From: a virus
Lineage: Duplodnaviria; Caudoviricetes
Reading direction: 5' to 3' (one strand)
IMG/VR virus record: IMGVR_UViG_3300032280_000800
Location: 47,750 to 111,749 of that record
DNA length: 64,000 nucleotides
Shown: positions 28,836-41,400 of the stretch, one piece after another
Layout: the number at the start of each line of letters is the position of its first letter
Position numbering within the stretch: position 1 is the first letter of the stretch
The notes under the pieces: generated by a model
Told to the model about the DNA's origin: nothing
The model's database searches: none
What the model saw: the letters and a program-made list of their open reading frames with translations, nothing else
Position numbers and translations under genes: made by a program

Positions 28836-30765
28836 TATCTTTATCCTTGTCTAATATTACTGTAACTGTTTCTTTTGTTGTGTTATAAAAAAATTCTATA
28901 TTTTGTGTTACATATCCTTTTTTAAATATTTCCACACTGTACTTTCCATAACCTAAATCTTTAATAATCTTATATCCACAATCGTCTAAAGTATAATTTT
29001 GACCAATTATTTTATAGCAAGCATCGATGGGGTTTATATTTAATAATACCCCGTTTTTAAATTCTGGATCAGAAAATAATAGCCTATTAGGCGGTTTATT
29101 ATATACATTTAATAACGATGCGTCAATATCGAACGTGCTTGCTGATTGTATCATAGATAATTCTCTTTCTTTTTCAGAAGAGTCTAAAATCTCTATATCA
29201 AAAGAGTCAGTATTAATAAATTCATTATTATAAATTAAAGCGCTACTATTATTGTCTTTAATTTTAAGAATGTATTTACCATACATTAAATTATTTATTG
29301 TTAAATGATATTTATCATTAAAATTTAAAGTTCGCGTATCTCCAAACTCATTTGTTAATATTGCAATCAAGGAGCTTTTATCAGCATTCGATACATGACA
29401 GGTTATTGACCCAAGCCTATTATTACTCTTTGTAGTTAATGACTGAGTAGTTAAATTTTTGTGTTTATTAATAAACAGTATTGGTTCAATATCTATTGTA
29501 TTATTATGAATAATGTTTAATATAGTAGAAATATTATTAGAAAAATACAATCCGCTTTTAATAAATACTTGTTTAATTTGAGTATCTATGTAACTATTGT
29601 TTGATAATTCATTTATTTTTATAATATCATTATTTTTATAAGCAAAACTATAATCATTAGATATAATCATAGATCCTATAACTAATTTAGCTCGACCACT
29701 ACCAAAAACATGTTCTAAATTAATTTCTTTATCATTAAATAAAAGCTTACTTTTTACAAAATGTGGGGCCTCTATACCTGGAGATATATAGTAATATTGA
29801 TATTCTTGATCATTTATAACAATATTTCCATAATCCATACATAGTTTTTGTTCTATTTGATGATTACCATTTTTAATAGATATTTCAGACGAAAGAATAT
29901 CTGAATAGTCTGAGGATTTACTTAATGGTAGCAGCAATAAATTGTATACTACTTTAGCTTCTACAGGATCAAATAATGCCTTGGTGCTATAATCATTAAA
30001 TCTACTCACATTAACAGATATTGGTTTTGGTTGACTAATAGTAAAATTTCTAATAATCTCACAATTATTTTTATCTGTAACTATTAATTTATAGTCCCCA
30101 GCAACTAACTTATAATTAATAGATGTTTGATTTACTATAATAGGCTGCGGAACGTCTTCTTTAAACCATGCTACTTTATATGGCTCAACACCACCAGTAA
30201 TATTGCAAGAAACATTGCTCGAAACCCCATTGTACTGTGTAATGGGCTCCCATTTTATTTCTACAGATAGTGGCTTTGTAATAATTCTTATTTCTTTTTT
30301 TTCGGCTATACATCCATTTTTATCAGTAACGGATATGTTATAATAATAATTGGGCTTAATTATATAATCATAAAATGTTTGAGATGTATTAATTTTAAAA
30401 TTATTAATACTTAATATATATGGGGCTAGTCCACCAGACCACTCTATATGCATAGAAATATTATCGTTATAGCACTGTATATCTCCAACATGAACCAAGT
30501 CCATAGACAAAGCGTCTGCACAAGATAAGTCAATATCAATAGTTTCTGTTGATTTTTTAAGTAAATTATAAATTTGAAGAGTATATACTCCACAAGATAG
30601 ATTGTATACTGTTTTACCATAGTCAGCTATCAAAGCATCAGTATTAATATTAGTCCAACTAAAAGATAGTAGACCATTAGATCTATCGATAATGGTAATA
30701 CTACCAGTTTTCTGATCTATGCATTTAGGCTTAACTGTTTGTATTGAATAAGATTTTGTATTCAT
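28828..30765 (-). CDS. SprB-repeat-like beta-sandwich protein (possible receptor-binding/adhesin), C-terminal PEGA-like domain
   Basis: SGGLAPY, TGGVEPYKVAW, AGDYKLIVTDKNNC, VTDKNGC repeats; LGYGKYSVEIFKKGY at the C-terminus. Visibly more AT/Ile/Asn-rich than its neighbours. Confidence 0.6.
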   Translation of the reverse strand: MNTKSYSIQTVKPKCIDQKTGSITIIDRSNGLLSFSWTNINTDALIADYGKTVYNLSCGVYTLQIYNLLKKSTETIDIDLSCADALSMDLVHVGDIQCYNDNISMHIEWSGGLAPYILSINNFKINTSQTFYDYIIKPNYYYNISVTDKNGCIAEKKEIRIITKPLSVEIKWEPITQYNGVSSNVSCNITGGVEPYKVAWFKEDVPQPIIVNQTSINYKLVAGDYKLIVTDKNNCEIIRNFTISQPKPISVNVSRFNDYSTKALFDPVEAKVVYNLLLLPLSKSSDYSDILSSEISIKNGNHQIEQKLCMDYGNIVINDQEYQYYYISPGIEAPHFVKSKLLFNDKEINLEHVFGSGRAKLVIGSMIISNDYSFAYKNNDIIKINELSNNSYIDTQIKQVFIKSGLYFSNNISTILNIIHNNTIDIEPILFINKHKNLTTQSLTTKSNNRLGSITCHVSNADKSSLIAILTNEFGDTRTLNFNDKYHLTINNLMYGKYILKIKDNNSSALIYNNEFINTDSFDIEILDSSEKERELSMIQSASTFDIDASLLNVYNKPPNRLLFSDPEFKNGVLLNINPIDACYKIIGQNYTLDDCGYKIIKDLGYGKYSVEIFKKGYVTQNIEFFYNTTKETVTVILDKDKDNA

Positions 30766-30776
30766 TATTTCCTATA

Positions 30777-32384
30777 TCAACAATTATGAGGCTTGGTCCA
30801 TTCTTTAGATACTCTGAGAGTTCCAGTATTATTTTTTGTTATTGAACTTTGTGTTAAATACCATCCAGATGCACCCTCGCTTGATGCTAGACTGTTTGCT
30901 ATACCAACAGCACAACCTATTACTCCAGACATATCTCTAACATCACATCCTGGATTTTCTACGGTGGCTGTGACGTTTACTGCTACGGTTTCTTTTGTTG
31001 TTGTACCAAGATCCTGTAAAAGTGGCTCACCTCTAAATGGTATAGTAAATTCAGCAAATACGTCGGTAGGATAATTATGAGTAACTTCTGTTTCAACCTT
31101 AGTTGCCCCAGGAATACTACAATTTTGAGCTGTTGAATATTCAAAAGAAAAACCTATGGTTCCTTGTCCAAAATTTCTAGTTTCACTCTTATTAACTAGT
31201 CTTAATCCGCACTCTTGAGGAGGAACATAACTAGGACATATGCCTAATAGACCTCCGTCAGTACAGTCTCCAGTATCTGTTAAGACACCAGATAGGTACA
31301 TTGTTGCTAAACCTATAAAAGACCCAGACAAAGAGCTATAAGCACTTTCGGCATTACTTATTCTATTAGTACTCGATGGATGAAATTGTCCATTAGTTAT
31401 TAAGTCACTAAATGATGTTGTATATAAACCTTCTACTGTTCCTGATACAGTCACATTACGACCAACTTGTGCTGTCTCTGCTCTTGAATCGACGCTAATA
31501 TCTATAAATGCTTGAGGATACGGCGTTCCTGTTGGTCTAATAATTAAATCACCATTGACAGTTATCGTACCATTAATGGGGTCTGCATCCAAACTTCTAA
31601 CATGCATATATTTAGGACCAGCATGATATGATCCTAAAGCACTAATTAAAGAATTGGACGTTGATAATCCATTACTAATACTTCCAGACTCTAAAGCTGA
31701 TAGTCTTCTCTTTAAAACCTCCTCAGCTGCTTCTAGTCCTGTTTTTCTAGATACAGAAGCATCACAACCAACACCACCTCCTGTAGCACTAATATTGAAA
31801 CTATACTTAGCATGCGCCCTTCCCGCTTTATTTCCACCAGGTATTGAATCGCTAGAAAATGCATCATTATCTATATTCAATGTTATAGATTCTGATATAT
31901 CTTTGATGATCTCATTAGAAGTCACATAAGAAGTAGCTTTCGCATTAGGTTTTACTACAAGCTCACTCTCATTCTCATACATTTCTAATTCTACGGAATA
32001 GGCGGCAACTTGTGTCCAGCTAGGCTCAGGGCCTTCTTCGATATTTACAGATCTAACTGTACCGTATCCATTTACTAATATTGAGCCACTACAGTTAATA
32101 TTAATAGATACACAATCGCCTTTTTGACCAATATCTTTAAATTTACTCTTTAATTTACCAGCAATGTCGCTAAATCCACCATCAGTAGTATAAACAGTGC
32201 CATTTAAAGAAACAATTAGTGAACCACCAATAATTAAGTCGCCAACACGATATTGTTCAATAGATAATGATACAAAAGGAGCAGGGTCTAGTGAGACTCC
32301 ACCAACAGTTACCGTAGCTCCACCGGGAGGAATATTTTGAACGCTAATATTATCTACAGATGTTTCGTTTTGTACTTTAAACAT
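30777..32384 (-). CDS. tail protein immediately downstream of TMP (distal-tail-like)
   Basis: 535 aa, beta-rich, with repeated 'VSGTVEG / GTI.F.FEY' units; synteny. Confidence 0.6.
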   Translation of the reverse strand: MFKVQNETSVDNISVQNIPPGGATVTVGGVSLDPAPFVSLSIEQYRVGDLIIGGSLIVSLNGTVYTTDGGFSDIAGKLKSKFKDIGQKGDCVSININCSGSILVNGYGTVRSVNIEEGPEPSWTQVAAYSVELEMYENESELVVKPNAKATSYVTSNEIIKDISESITLNIDNDAFSSDSIPGGNKAGRAHAKYSFNISATGGGVGCDASVSRKTGLEAAEEVLKRRLSALESGSISNGLSTSNSLISALGSYHAGPKYMHVRSLDADPINGTITVNGDLIIRPTGTPYPQAFIDISVDSRAETAQVGRNVTVSGTVEGLYTTSFSDLITNGQFHPSSTNRISNAESAYSSLSGSFIGLATMYLSGVLTDTGDCTDGGLLGICPSYVPPQECGLRLVNKSETRNFGQGTIGFSFEYSTAQNCSIPGATKVETEVTHNYPTDVFAEFTIPFRGEPLLQDLGTTTKETVAVNVTATVENPGCDVRDMSGVIGCAVGIANSLASSEGASGWYLTQSSITKNNTGTLRVSKEWTKPHNC

Positions 32385-32410
32385 AGTTTATGACCTTATA
32401 ATTATAATAC

Positions 32411-35400
32411 TTATCTACCTAATCCAATCAATTCGGTAACTCTTAATTGTATCTTATCTACTAGTCGTTTTTCGTCTTCTGGACTTAATTTATAGCTACT
32501 ATCTGCTGGAGATGTTAATTCTACTTCTATCTTACCCCCTTTAAAGGTTACTATTTCTGGAATACTTGGTCCTTTAATTTCAATAGATTTAATAGAATCT
32601 AAACCTCTAATAAAAGTATCAACATGTTTTCCAAAAGCGCTAACGGGACCACCTAATGCAGGGAAAACTCTTGCTAGATTATTTATAAGAGCTCCTAAAT
32701 TAGCAGTCTCAGCACCAAAAGATTTGATAAAGCTGTCAAATACTGTGTTGGCACTAGTCATATCAAATCCCATAGCCTTACCAAAAGATTGTGCCACGTT
32801 CATAACATTACTTCCTCCGCCAACCTTTCTATATATTGGATTAATAATTCCTCCAGATTGAGCATATGAAACTCCGCCCATACTGGGGGCGCTGCCAATA
32901 CTTCCATTATTAATAGCATTTAATAGTGGTAAGTGTTTATTTGTCGCTTGTTTATTTACAACATATTCTCCACGAGTTAACATTGCTGGAATAGTATCTG
33001 TACCCTTGGGTTGATAATTTACTAAAACAGAACCACCAGAGGATAAGTATTTGGGTTTAATAACATTGTCTAGATGGCTTCTTAATTTTTTCTCTTCTAA
33101 TATTTCTGGCCTATAAGCAGCTACATCATTCATATTAACTGCAACGTCTCCAAACCTATGCATACGATTATAATATTTTTGATATCCAAACCATGAAGAA
33201 TTCTCTTGGGTACTATTGTCTTTAAATGTTGGAATATTCTCAAATAATAATTTACCCAGATCAGATAATAATGGAGTGTATTGCTCGGCTTCGGATCGTT
33301 GAAGTGTCTCATCATTAAAAATTGCTTGAGCTTTTTGTTGTACTCTTTGATGAGCTAATTGAATTTTCTCTTTAACGTCTTGACCTAAAGATGGAGATGC
33401 TGCTGGGGCTTTGGGAGGAACTACTCCTGGCTTGTCTCCACCAGCACCAGCTGCTTCAATATCCTTAGCTTCCACAGACTGCATATCTAGATGTTTTTTC
33501 AAGTAAATAAAATTTGGATTACCGAATGGTGATGGCATAGTTGGGAAATTTGAAATTTCGCCAGTATATTTGCCTCCGAGTCTAGCTACTTGTTGTTTAA
33601 TCATTTCATATGGCTGTTGATACTCTGTAAATAGTCCAGAATATCCAGCAAAGAATCTATCAACAGTATCTGCTGGTATTTGTTTGTCAGCAATTTCTAC
33701 CTGATTTGCTCCCCTGTAAATTTTAGGCATTCCATTATTATCAATGGTTTGCACAATAGTTTTATTAGCATTTGGATCTGGCTTATTTACTAAGTCGGCA
33801 ACAGGCTCTGTGCCATAGCTTCTTAATGAATCCCAGAATTCATATGGCTTTTTAAGAGTTTTTAATCTATCTTGTATACCTTTTGCTGCTTTGTGATAAG
33901 ACGTATCTGGTGTTGTTGCTTTTAAATCTTTTGAACTTAATGCTTCTAGTCTTGCTTGTCTTTCGCTTACATTACGATCCTTATTAAAATTAAGAGTGTC
34001 TACTAAGAATTCTAAAAATTTAGTTTCTCCAGATAATGGCTTATTGTCCTGACCCATGAAAGGCTGCGCTGCTGCGTCACCAATTTCTGTATTTGCTCCG
34101 TTTAATAGATTAGCTCCTGCTGCAATTTCTCTCATTAATCCTGGAGTAATAGATTCTCTATTATTAATGGTAAATGTGTCAAGATTTTTAATTCTATCCA
34201 AAGTATTAACATCTGCTAAAACTGTATTTCTAACTTCTTCTGGGGTTCCGGGTAGTTTATAGTTGTCGTCAATTCTTTTCCATTGTTTAATGTCTTTTGG
34301 TGCTATTCCACCAAAAACCTTATCTAAATTAGCTCTCTTCCAAGTTGTATATCCTTGTCCAAGTTTTTTACGTAAACTAGTAATTTGTTCTTCTTCTGTT
34401 TTCCCTTCTGGTTTATTATCTATAGTTAGTTTCTTAAATCCTGGATTTACTTTTTTATATATGTTAGGATTACCATCTGCCATTTGTCCAGTATACAAGC
34501 CCATAGCAGCAATAGCATTCTGATAATTCTTTATAGTTTTTGGCAAAACATATTGTTCTTTGGATCTATTATCAGTTTGTGACGATGTAACCCCCTTAAT
34601 CTGTTTAAGGAATGCTTGCTTATAATTTTCTACAAAACTATCATCGTATGCTTTTTCTGTTGTTTGCAAGTTCCATAAACCAAACTTATCTGCAAAACTA
34701 TCGGTGGTAGGATTAGCACTTGCTGTACCATACATATTTTGTAGTTTATCCAAATTCCACGATAAACTACTATTAACAGATGGTAGGGACTGTGCAATAG
34801 TTGGATCTATTTTTTGTATCCAAGCTTTAAATTGTTCATTATTTTCTGGTATTTTTTCTTTAATACCAAGAGCACTACCATAATTCTTTAGCATTGTACT
34901 GATTAATTCATTAGTATCTCTAATGTATGGTCCAGACTCTCCGACAACATTCATCGATCCGGGTCTGCCATATGCCATATCAAAATTACTAAAAGTTTTG
35001 AATGGATTAATATGGGCTCCACCCTTTAATGGAGTATTAAATAATACGTATTCCATAGATGGAGAAGATTCAAATTTAACGCCAGCACCAACACGATTTT
35101 TGTATAGTTTATCTAATACTTCTTGTTTTTGTCTTTCTAATAGTTTAACAGAGTCTGAGTCTCTGCCTTCTTTTTTAATTTTCTCTGCTATATCTTTGTC
35201 AATTTTCTGCATTTGTACAGTAGCTTGATTTCTTTCTTCTTCGCTAAGAGTACCCATTCCAGTCATCATTTGGAGTGGATTGTTTTGTAAATCTTCTCTG
35301 TTTTCCCATCTGGCTCTCATAGTCCAATACTTCTCAAGCTCAGCATCATATTTATCTCTTTGCTTATTAAAGAAATCCCATGCTTTGCTAGATTCAATAA

Positions 35401-38400
35401 TGTTATTAGCTTTGGATGTTTTTTCTTCTAATTTACTGACTAATTTTTTACGGTTATCTTCAGAATCTCCAGGGTATCCATACTTGGTTAGTAAATCATT
35501 AATAACCTTTTGTGCAGCAACTTTATCTTCTTTGGTAACTCCAGTAATACCAGCAGATCCAGAGCCACTAAAGTTTTGCGACTTAAATTTACTATCAGAT
35601 AACTTATCTCGTAAATGTTTTTGTAGCATTTTACTTTGTGTTGTAACCTGTTGTGCGGCTTCTGGACCTCTTGATATTGGACTGTTATCTAGGTCTGGTA
35701 TGGATCCGCCAGCAAAATCTTTAAGATATCTAGATTTTAATTCATTAAACTTATTAATAACTAAACTATTCTCATCAGTATCTGTACCAGCAATATCCTG
35801 TTGAACAACACCAAATTCTCTTAAGTATTGTTGTAATGCCTGTTCGTTCGTTTGTTTTTTCTTATCTGACGGTATTGAAGATAGTGGAGTACTAAGAATA
35901 GATGCATTTCTCGTATACGCATTAAAATCCATTTTACCATCACTTTTCATAGCTTTGGCAACAATGGCTGGAAATGGCTTTCCGTTCATATCAAAAATAT
36001 CTTCTCCGTCAAATTTGTCTTCATTATTTCCTTTAAAGCCAAAATCTTGTGGTTTTGGTATTATTGGACTGGTAACATTAAATGCTGGGAAAGTATTTCC
36101 ATCTACATTCGGTATTCCAAGATTATTTTGTGCGATATAATCTCGTTCTAATTTTTTACGTAAAGCATTTCTTTCGTCAATATCCTTTTGCATATCTGGG
36201 GATATTGTCTTGGCATCTGACACTGTTTTGAGTTTCTCGTCGAGCTCTTTAAGTCTCTTATTTGCTTCTTCTCTTTCTTGTGCTCTTAACAGTTGCCCAC
36301 GATCAGAGCCATCACCCAGTTCATATTTTGGTATTTTTGCTCCACGAGCAGTAAAGTTAACCGCCCCCATAGGATCTTTAAGTCCCATAGCTTGTGCAAG
36401 TTGCATCTGACCAAACATATACTGATTGTCTTTGGTAGCAAATTCTTCAGTTCTATCTCTTTGCGTTGTCTCATAAGCTCTCTTTGCTACTTCCGCATTA
36501 ATTTTCATCTCTTCAATTGGGTCTGCCGACCATGTTGGTTTTGGTAATGGTCCTCCAGTAACCGGACCAGATGATCCAGAAGCTCCAGCATCTGGTGGCA
36601 TTGGTCTTTCTCCAAAAACAGCATTATATGCAGCAGAACCGATACCAGATACAATAGGCAGTGCTTGAAAAGCAAGACTAGTATAGCTTAATTTTCTCAA
36701 TACATCCCACGCTTTTGCTGATGTGGTATCTCCCTTTATTTTTAATTTTTCCCAAGCCCATTTACCAACAACATCTTTATAAGACGGACCCTTGGGGGCC
36801 TTCTTTTGTTTTATTAGGAGTTTCCCCTTCCTCTTCGGATCAGGTAAAACATTAAGACCCTGCTTTTTCAGAAGATCTAGTGCTTCGTCTTGACTAGTAG
36901 CCTCTATTGTGTCTCTTACTTCTCTTCCAGTTCGTGTGTCTAGGGCTTCATATATAAAAGTGGATTTTGGAGGCGTTTTTCCTGCTGCTGGAGCAGGTTT
37001 TGGTTTCGTTGAACCCGAAGGTTTTTTGGGTTTTGTTGTGTCAGAAGACTTGGGCTTGTATATGCTAGGTTTACCCTTCTCTACACTACGGCGACTAGCC
37101 AAAACATCCAAACCTTGCTTTTTAAGAAGTGCTATCGCTTCCTCTTGACTAACCGCTTCTATCGAATCTCTTACATCCATTCCAAAAGTTTTAGAACCAG
37201 CTCGTGTATCTCTAGCTTCATATTTGAAAGTAGATTTTGGTTTTATTGGGACTATTGGTGAATCCGCCCTTGGTTCTGCTGGAGTAGCTTCTGGTTTTGG
37301 TGCGACTGGTTTGGGAGGAGCTGCTGTTGGCTTTGTGTCTGACGCTTGTTGAGCAACCGCAGCTTCATTTGGAGTTTCTGGAGGTTTAGTTTTGGTTCCG
37401 GTTTTAGCTGCTTTTGCTTTAGCTGCTTTTCTAGCAGCATTAGCTGCTTCACCTACTCTAGCCTGTTCAAGTAATCTTGCACGTTCTGCCATCATTTCTG
37501 GCGTTGGATTAACAACAGCCTCACCAACCACCCTCTTGGATTTTTGAACAGTTTGTTCTGTACCGTCTTTAAATAATGCTAAACTTCTATTAGTAATTTC
37601 ATTAGCATTAGCGATAGGAATACTATTGGGAGAAAGTTTAATAGCATTAGATGTAATAGCGCCATTCTGTAACATTTTTGAGCTTACTGAGGTCGCTTTA
37701 CCAAAAGCTGATGTCATACCCTTTCTGATCATATCATCAGCAGCAGCACCTCCCATTAACTCAGCACCAAAGCCTATCCACTGTCCTCCTGAATATGATT
37801 CTGGACTAGCCTTCATCTTGTCCATAACTCTCTTCTTCATAGATGCTGGAATATATTTATTCCAGATATATGAATTTATATCTTGTCCTATTTGATCTCC
37901 AAGCATACCTCCAGTAAAGCCTAAAGATAATGCTCCAGCGGTTCCTGTAACGATTGCTCCTGGGCCAGTAATCAAGCCGCCCAGAGTTCCGATGGATCCA
38001 CCGGCAATTGCACCTAAACCACCACCAACAGCACCCAATACCCCAGGAATTGCTTTACTAGCCAAGCCATACATTAGACTTTCGAAATCAGCTGGCTCAA
38101 GGCCTAGTTTAGTATTTCTAAAAGCATTATCAACCTTCATAAATTCTGGAGTAAATGGAAAATTTCTATCTCCACCGAAGTAATTTTCTTCTAACGGATT
38201 ACGTCCACCAGTGATTCGTTTATCATACTGTATAGCGTGAGCAGCTTCGTAGGTTTTGTACCAATCCAAACTCGGACCAGGTTTAAGTTGTTTGTCTCTA
38301 AATGCTATTGCTTTATTTAAACTTTGATTGATTTGTTGAGTTTTGTTTTTATCTCCTCCAAAACCTAAAAATCCAGCAGCTTGTTTCTTTTCTTTTTGTA

Positions 38401-41400
38401 AATTGTCTATCAAAAGATCATTATCTGATAATATCTTATATTTTTGTTGTGCGGACGTTGAGAGGTATTTCTCATGATGCCCTGATACTGCCGAATTATA
38501 ACTCTTTAATTCTGACTTATTCAGTATGTTGTCTTTTGAGTTTGATCTAAAATCTACATACTTTAATAGATCGCTCTGTGGAAAATTATTTAAAGGAATA
38601 TGATCGGATGTTCCAGCTAATTTTTCCCACTCTGTATCTGGCACTATGGGGAATCTACTGCGAACACTACGGTCTAATAAACCTCCCTTAGATAAATATT
38701 TAACGCTGCCACCATTACTATACTTACCACTATTTATACTTTGTAATAATGGTAAATTCCTAGCTGTAGCAGCTCTATTAACAACGAATTCTCCCGGTGT
38801 TAACATTGCTGGAACAGTATCTGTTCCTTTGGGAGCAAAATCAACCATAGAGCCCATAGCGTAATAACTTATTAAACCACCTTTAGCTTTAGGAACAGCT
38901 CCGTCCACTCCTCCCAACCCTAATCTATTAGCAACACCATTTAATTGATCAACAATATCAGTAATAGCTGTTCTCATCTTATTTGTAAAATCATCAGCGG
39001 ATAACGACAGAGCCTGTGCTAATAATTGTCCGCTATCAGATATTAATCCTGATTGAGCCATAACAGCTTCTGTTTGAATTTTGGCAGCTTGGTTGAATGC
39101 ATCTATGTATGGTTTAATTTGTGGATTTTCTTGTGGTCTACCAAAATCAGGACCGAATACTTCTTTAAACTGATCAAATACAGCGGGGTCTCCGCCAGCA
39201 TTACCCAGTATGCGTGTAATATTATCAAATAATTCTTTTTGTAAGCGGGCAAATTCTTCTGGTGTTCTAGTAGATTCCAAAGATTGTAATGTTGATATTG
39301 CTCCCGGAATATCTTGTCTGCCACCAGCACCACCAACAACTCTATTGTAAGACTCAGTATCTTTAGCAAAATTAAACATAGCTTCAGGATTATCTAACAT
39401 ACCAAAGAAATCCATAACACTACGACGACGACCAGCAGAAATTTGTGATTGTTCATCAATCTTCTTAAGAGCGGCAGAAGCCCTATCTGTATTATTCGCT
39501 AGTGTATCTAGTGCTTTAGTATATTTATTAATTTTTGATGTTAGTTTTGCAATTTCGCCTGAGCCTAACGCGCTAGTTGCTGTTCCAGGATCGCTTTCTA
39601 GTATTCTCTTTCTGGCAACAGCATCCGCTATTTCTTTACCAATAGCAGTTGGATCTGTTATACCTCCAGTTAATCCTCTAACAGCAGAGTCTGATGGGTC
39701 AGTAAGCTCTCTTAATGAGATTGTTTGATTAAACTTTTCTTTAAGCTGTATGGCGCTTTGTAAATTGATGTCTTGTACTCTCACAGTATTATCTGCTAAT
39801 TTATCAAAATTACCAGCTAGCTGATCAGACACTGCACCAAGCTTACGATTAACATCTATTTGTTTCTTAGCATAATCTTCAAATGTTGCTCTAGCTTTTT
39901 CGGCAGCATCACTCAATTCTTTGAACGCTTGAACATCATTTGCAAGTTCTTCCATGGTCATGCCTTGTCTATTCATACTAGTACTAGCCCTTATCCACTT
40001 CATGACCTCGTCTTCTAGTTCTTTACGAATATCTGGAGACATATCAAGTCCACCAAACATGTTTGTTAGTCTTGAACGAACATTAGCTTCTGAACCAGCC
40101 GAAATATCAGCATTTGCCGTATCTCTTAATATTAAAGGCAATTCTTGTTGAATAGCCTGAAAGCCTTTAATAAAATCCCCCATTTGTTTGGTTTGCTTAT
40201 TATCTCCTAAACTCTTACCCACACTATCTACAGCAGATGCTAGCTCCTCTCTGCTATATGCTGTGATATTTTCTAGAATCCTAGCGTTTTGTGAATCTCC
40301 TTCATAGGCTTTGGCACCTCCGCCAGATAATTCACCAGCAACACTCATAGCTCTATCAGCACTTGCTCCTATTTCAGATACAATACGAGTCATGCTTGTT
40401 GATAGTCTATTCATAATATCAACAATATCTAATGTGAATTTTTTAACTGATCTATTAACAATCTCAAGTCTAGCTGCTAGTATTCTAGATCTATTTTCTC
40501 CACCTAGTTCTTTTTCTACAATAGCATCGATGTTGTCTGCTGCTGTTTTATTTTGGACTTTACCTTCTGGTGAGTAAGCTTGTTGATATTCTTTAACTGC
40601 TGTGGCTTCGTCCATACCTTGTCTTTGTCTGGCTTCATAATATATTCTTTTTCTAAGCTGGTCCTGTGCTTTAGCAACAGCCTCATCTGCTTTTTTACGT
40701 TTCTCAGAACCCGGCGCTAATGTGTCTAAAAATTCTTGTACGGTCTGAGAATTATCTACCTTCATTCCTTGAGCTTCTAAATTACTCCGCATCTGTTGTT
40801 CTTGTAAAATATTTAAAGAATTAAGTCTACCAGCACTGTCTTTTGATCTACCATATGCTGCTCTTCTTTGGTCTGCTGTTAGAGCAGCCTTCTCTATTGG
40901 TTGGCTTTGAGTAAGAACTCTTTCTGCAAAGGCTTGATTGCTAGTAGCGAACGCTTCGGTATTGTCTGCAATCTTTCTAAGTTGAATCAAACTCTCCATT
41001 TCTTTTTTAGCTTGTTCTATATCTTTACTATTATCAAAATAACCTTTGAAACCTTCAAATACTCCAACTAATTGAGATATAACAAATGCTATTTCTAATA
41101 GACCAGCGGCGCCACCACCCTTATATCCTCTAACAGCACCACCAGAAGCTAAGTGCTGAACACCTCCTGATGAAACTTTTGGTGATCTACCTGATGTTGA
41201 AATTTTGCTAGAAAACGCCCCAACAGAACCACCACGAGCAACTCTTTGTTGTTCTTGTATAGCATTTGGTTTCATTACTTGAGAATTAAACATATCTTGT
41301 ACAGACGATGATTTTATAACATAACTGAACGGCTTTACAGAAGTAGATACAGTATCAACATTGCTTGGTGCTCCCGGAACAATGTATGCTGACCCCAATT

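Noticed and set aside
38500-38560. EF-hand-like loop (DFRSNSKDNILNKSEL) in the TMP
   Set aside because: Spacing deviates from the 12-residue EF-hand consensus and there is a single copy; too weak to call.
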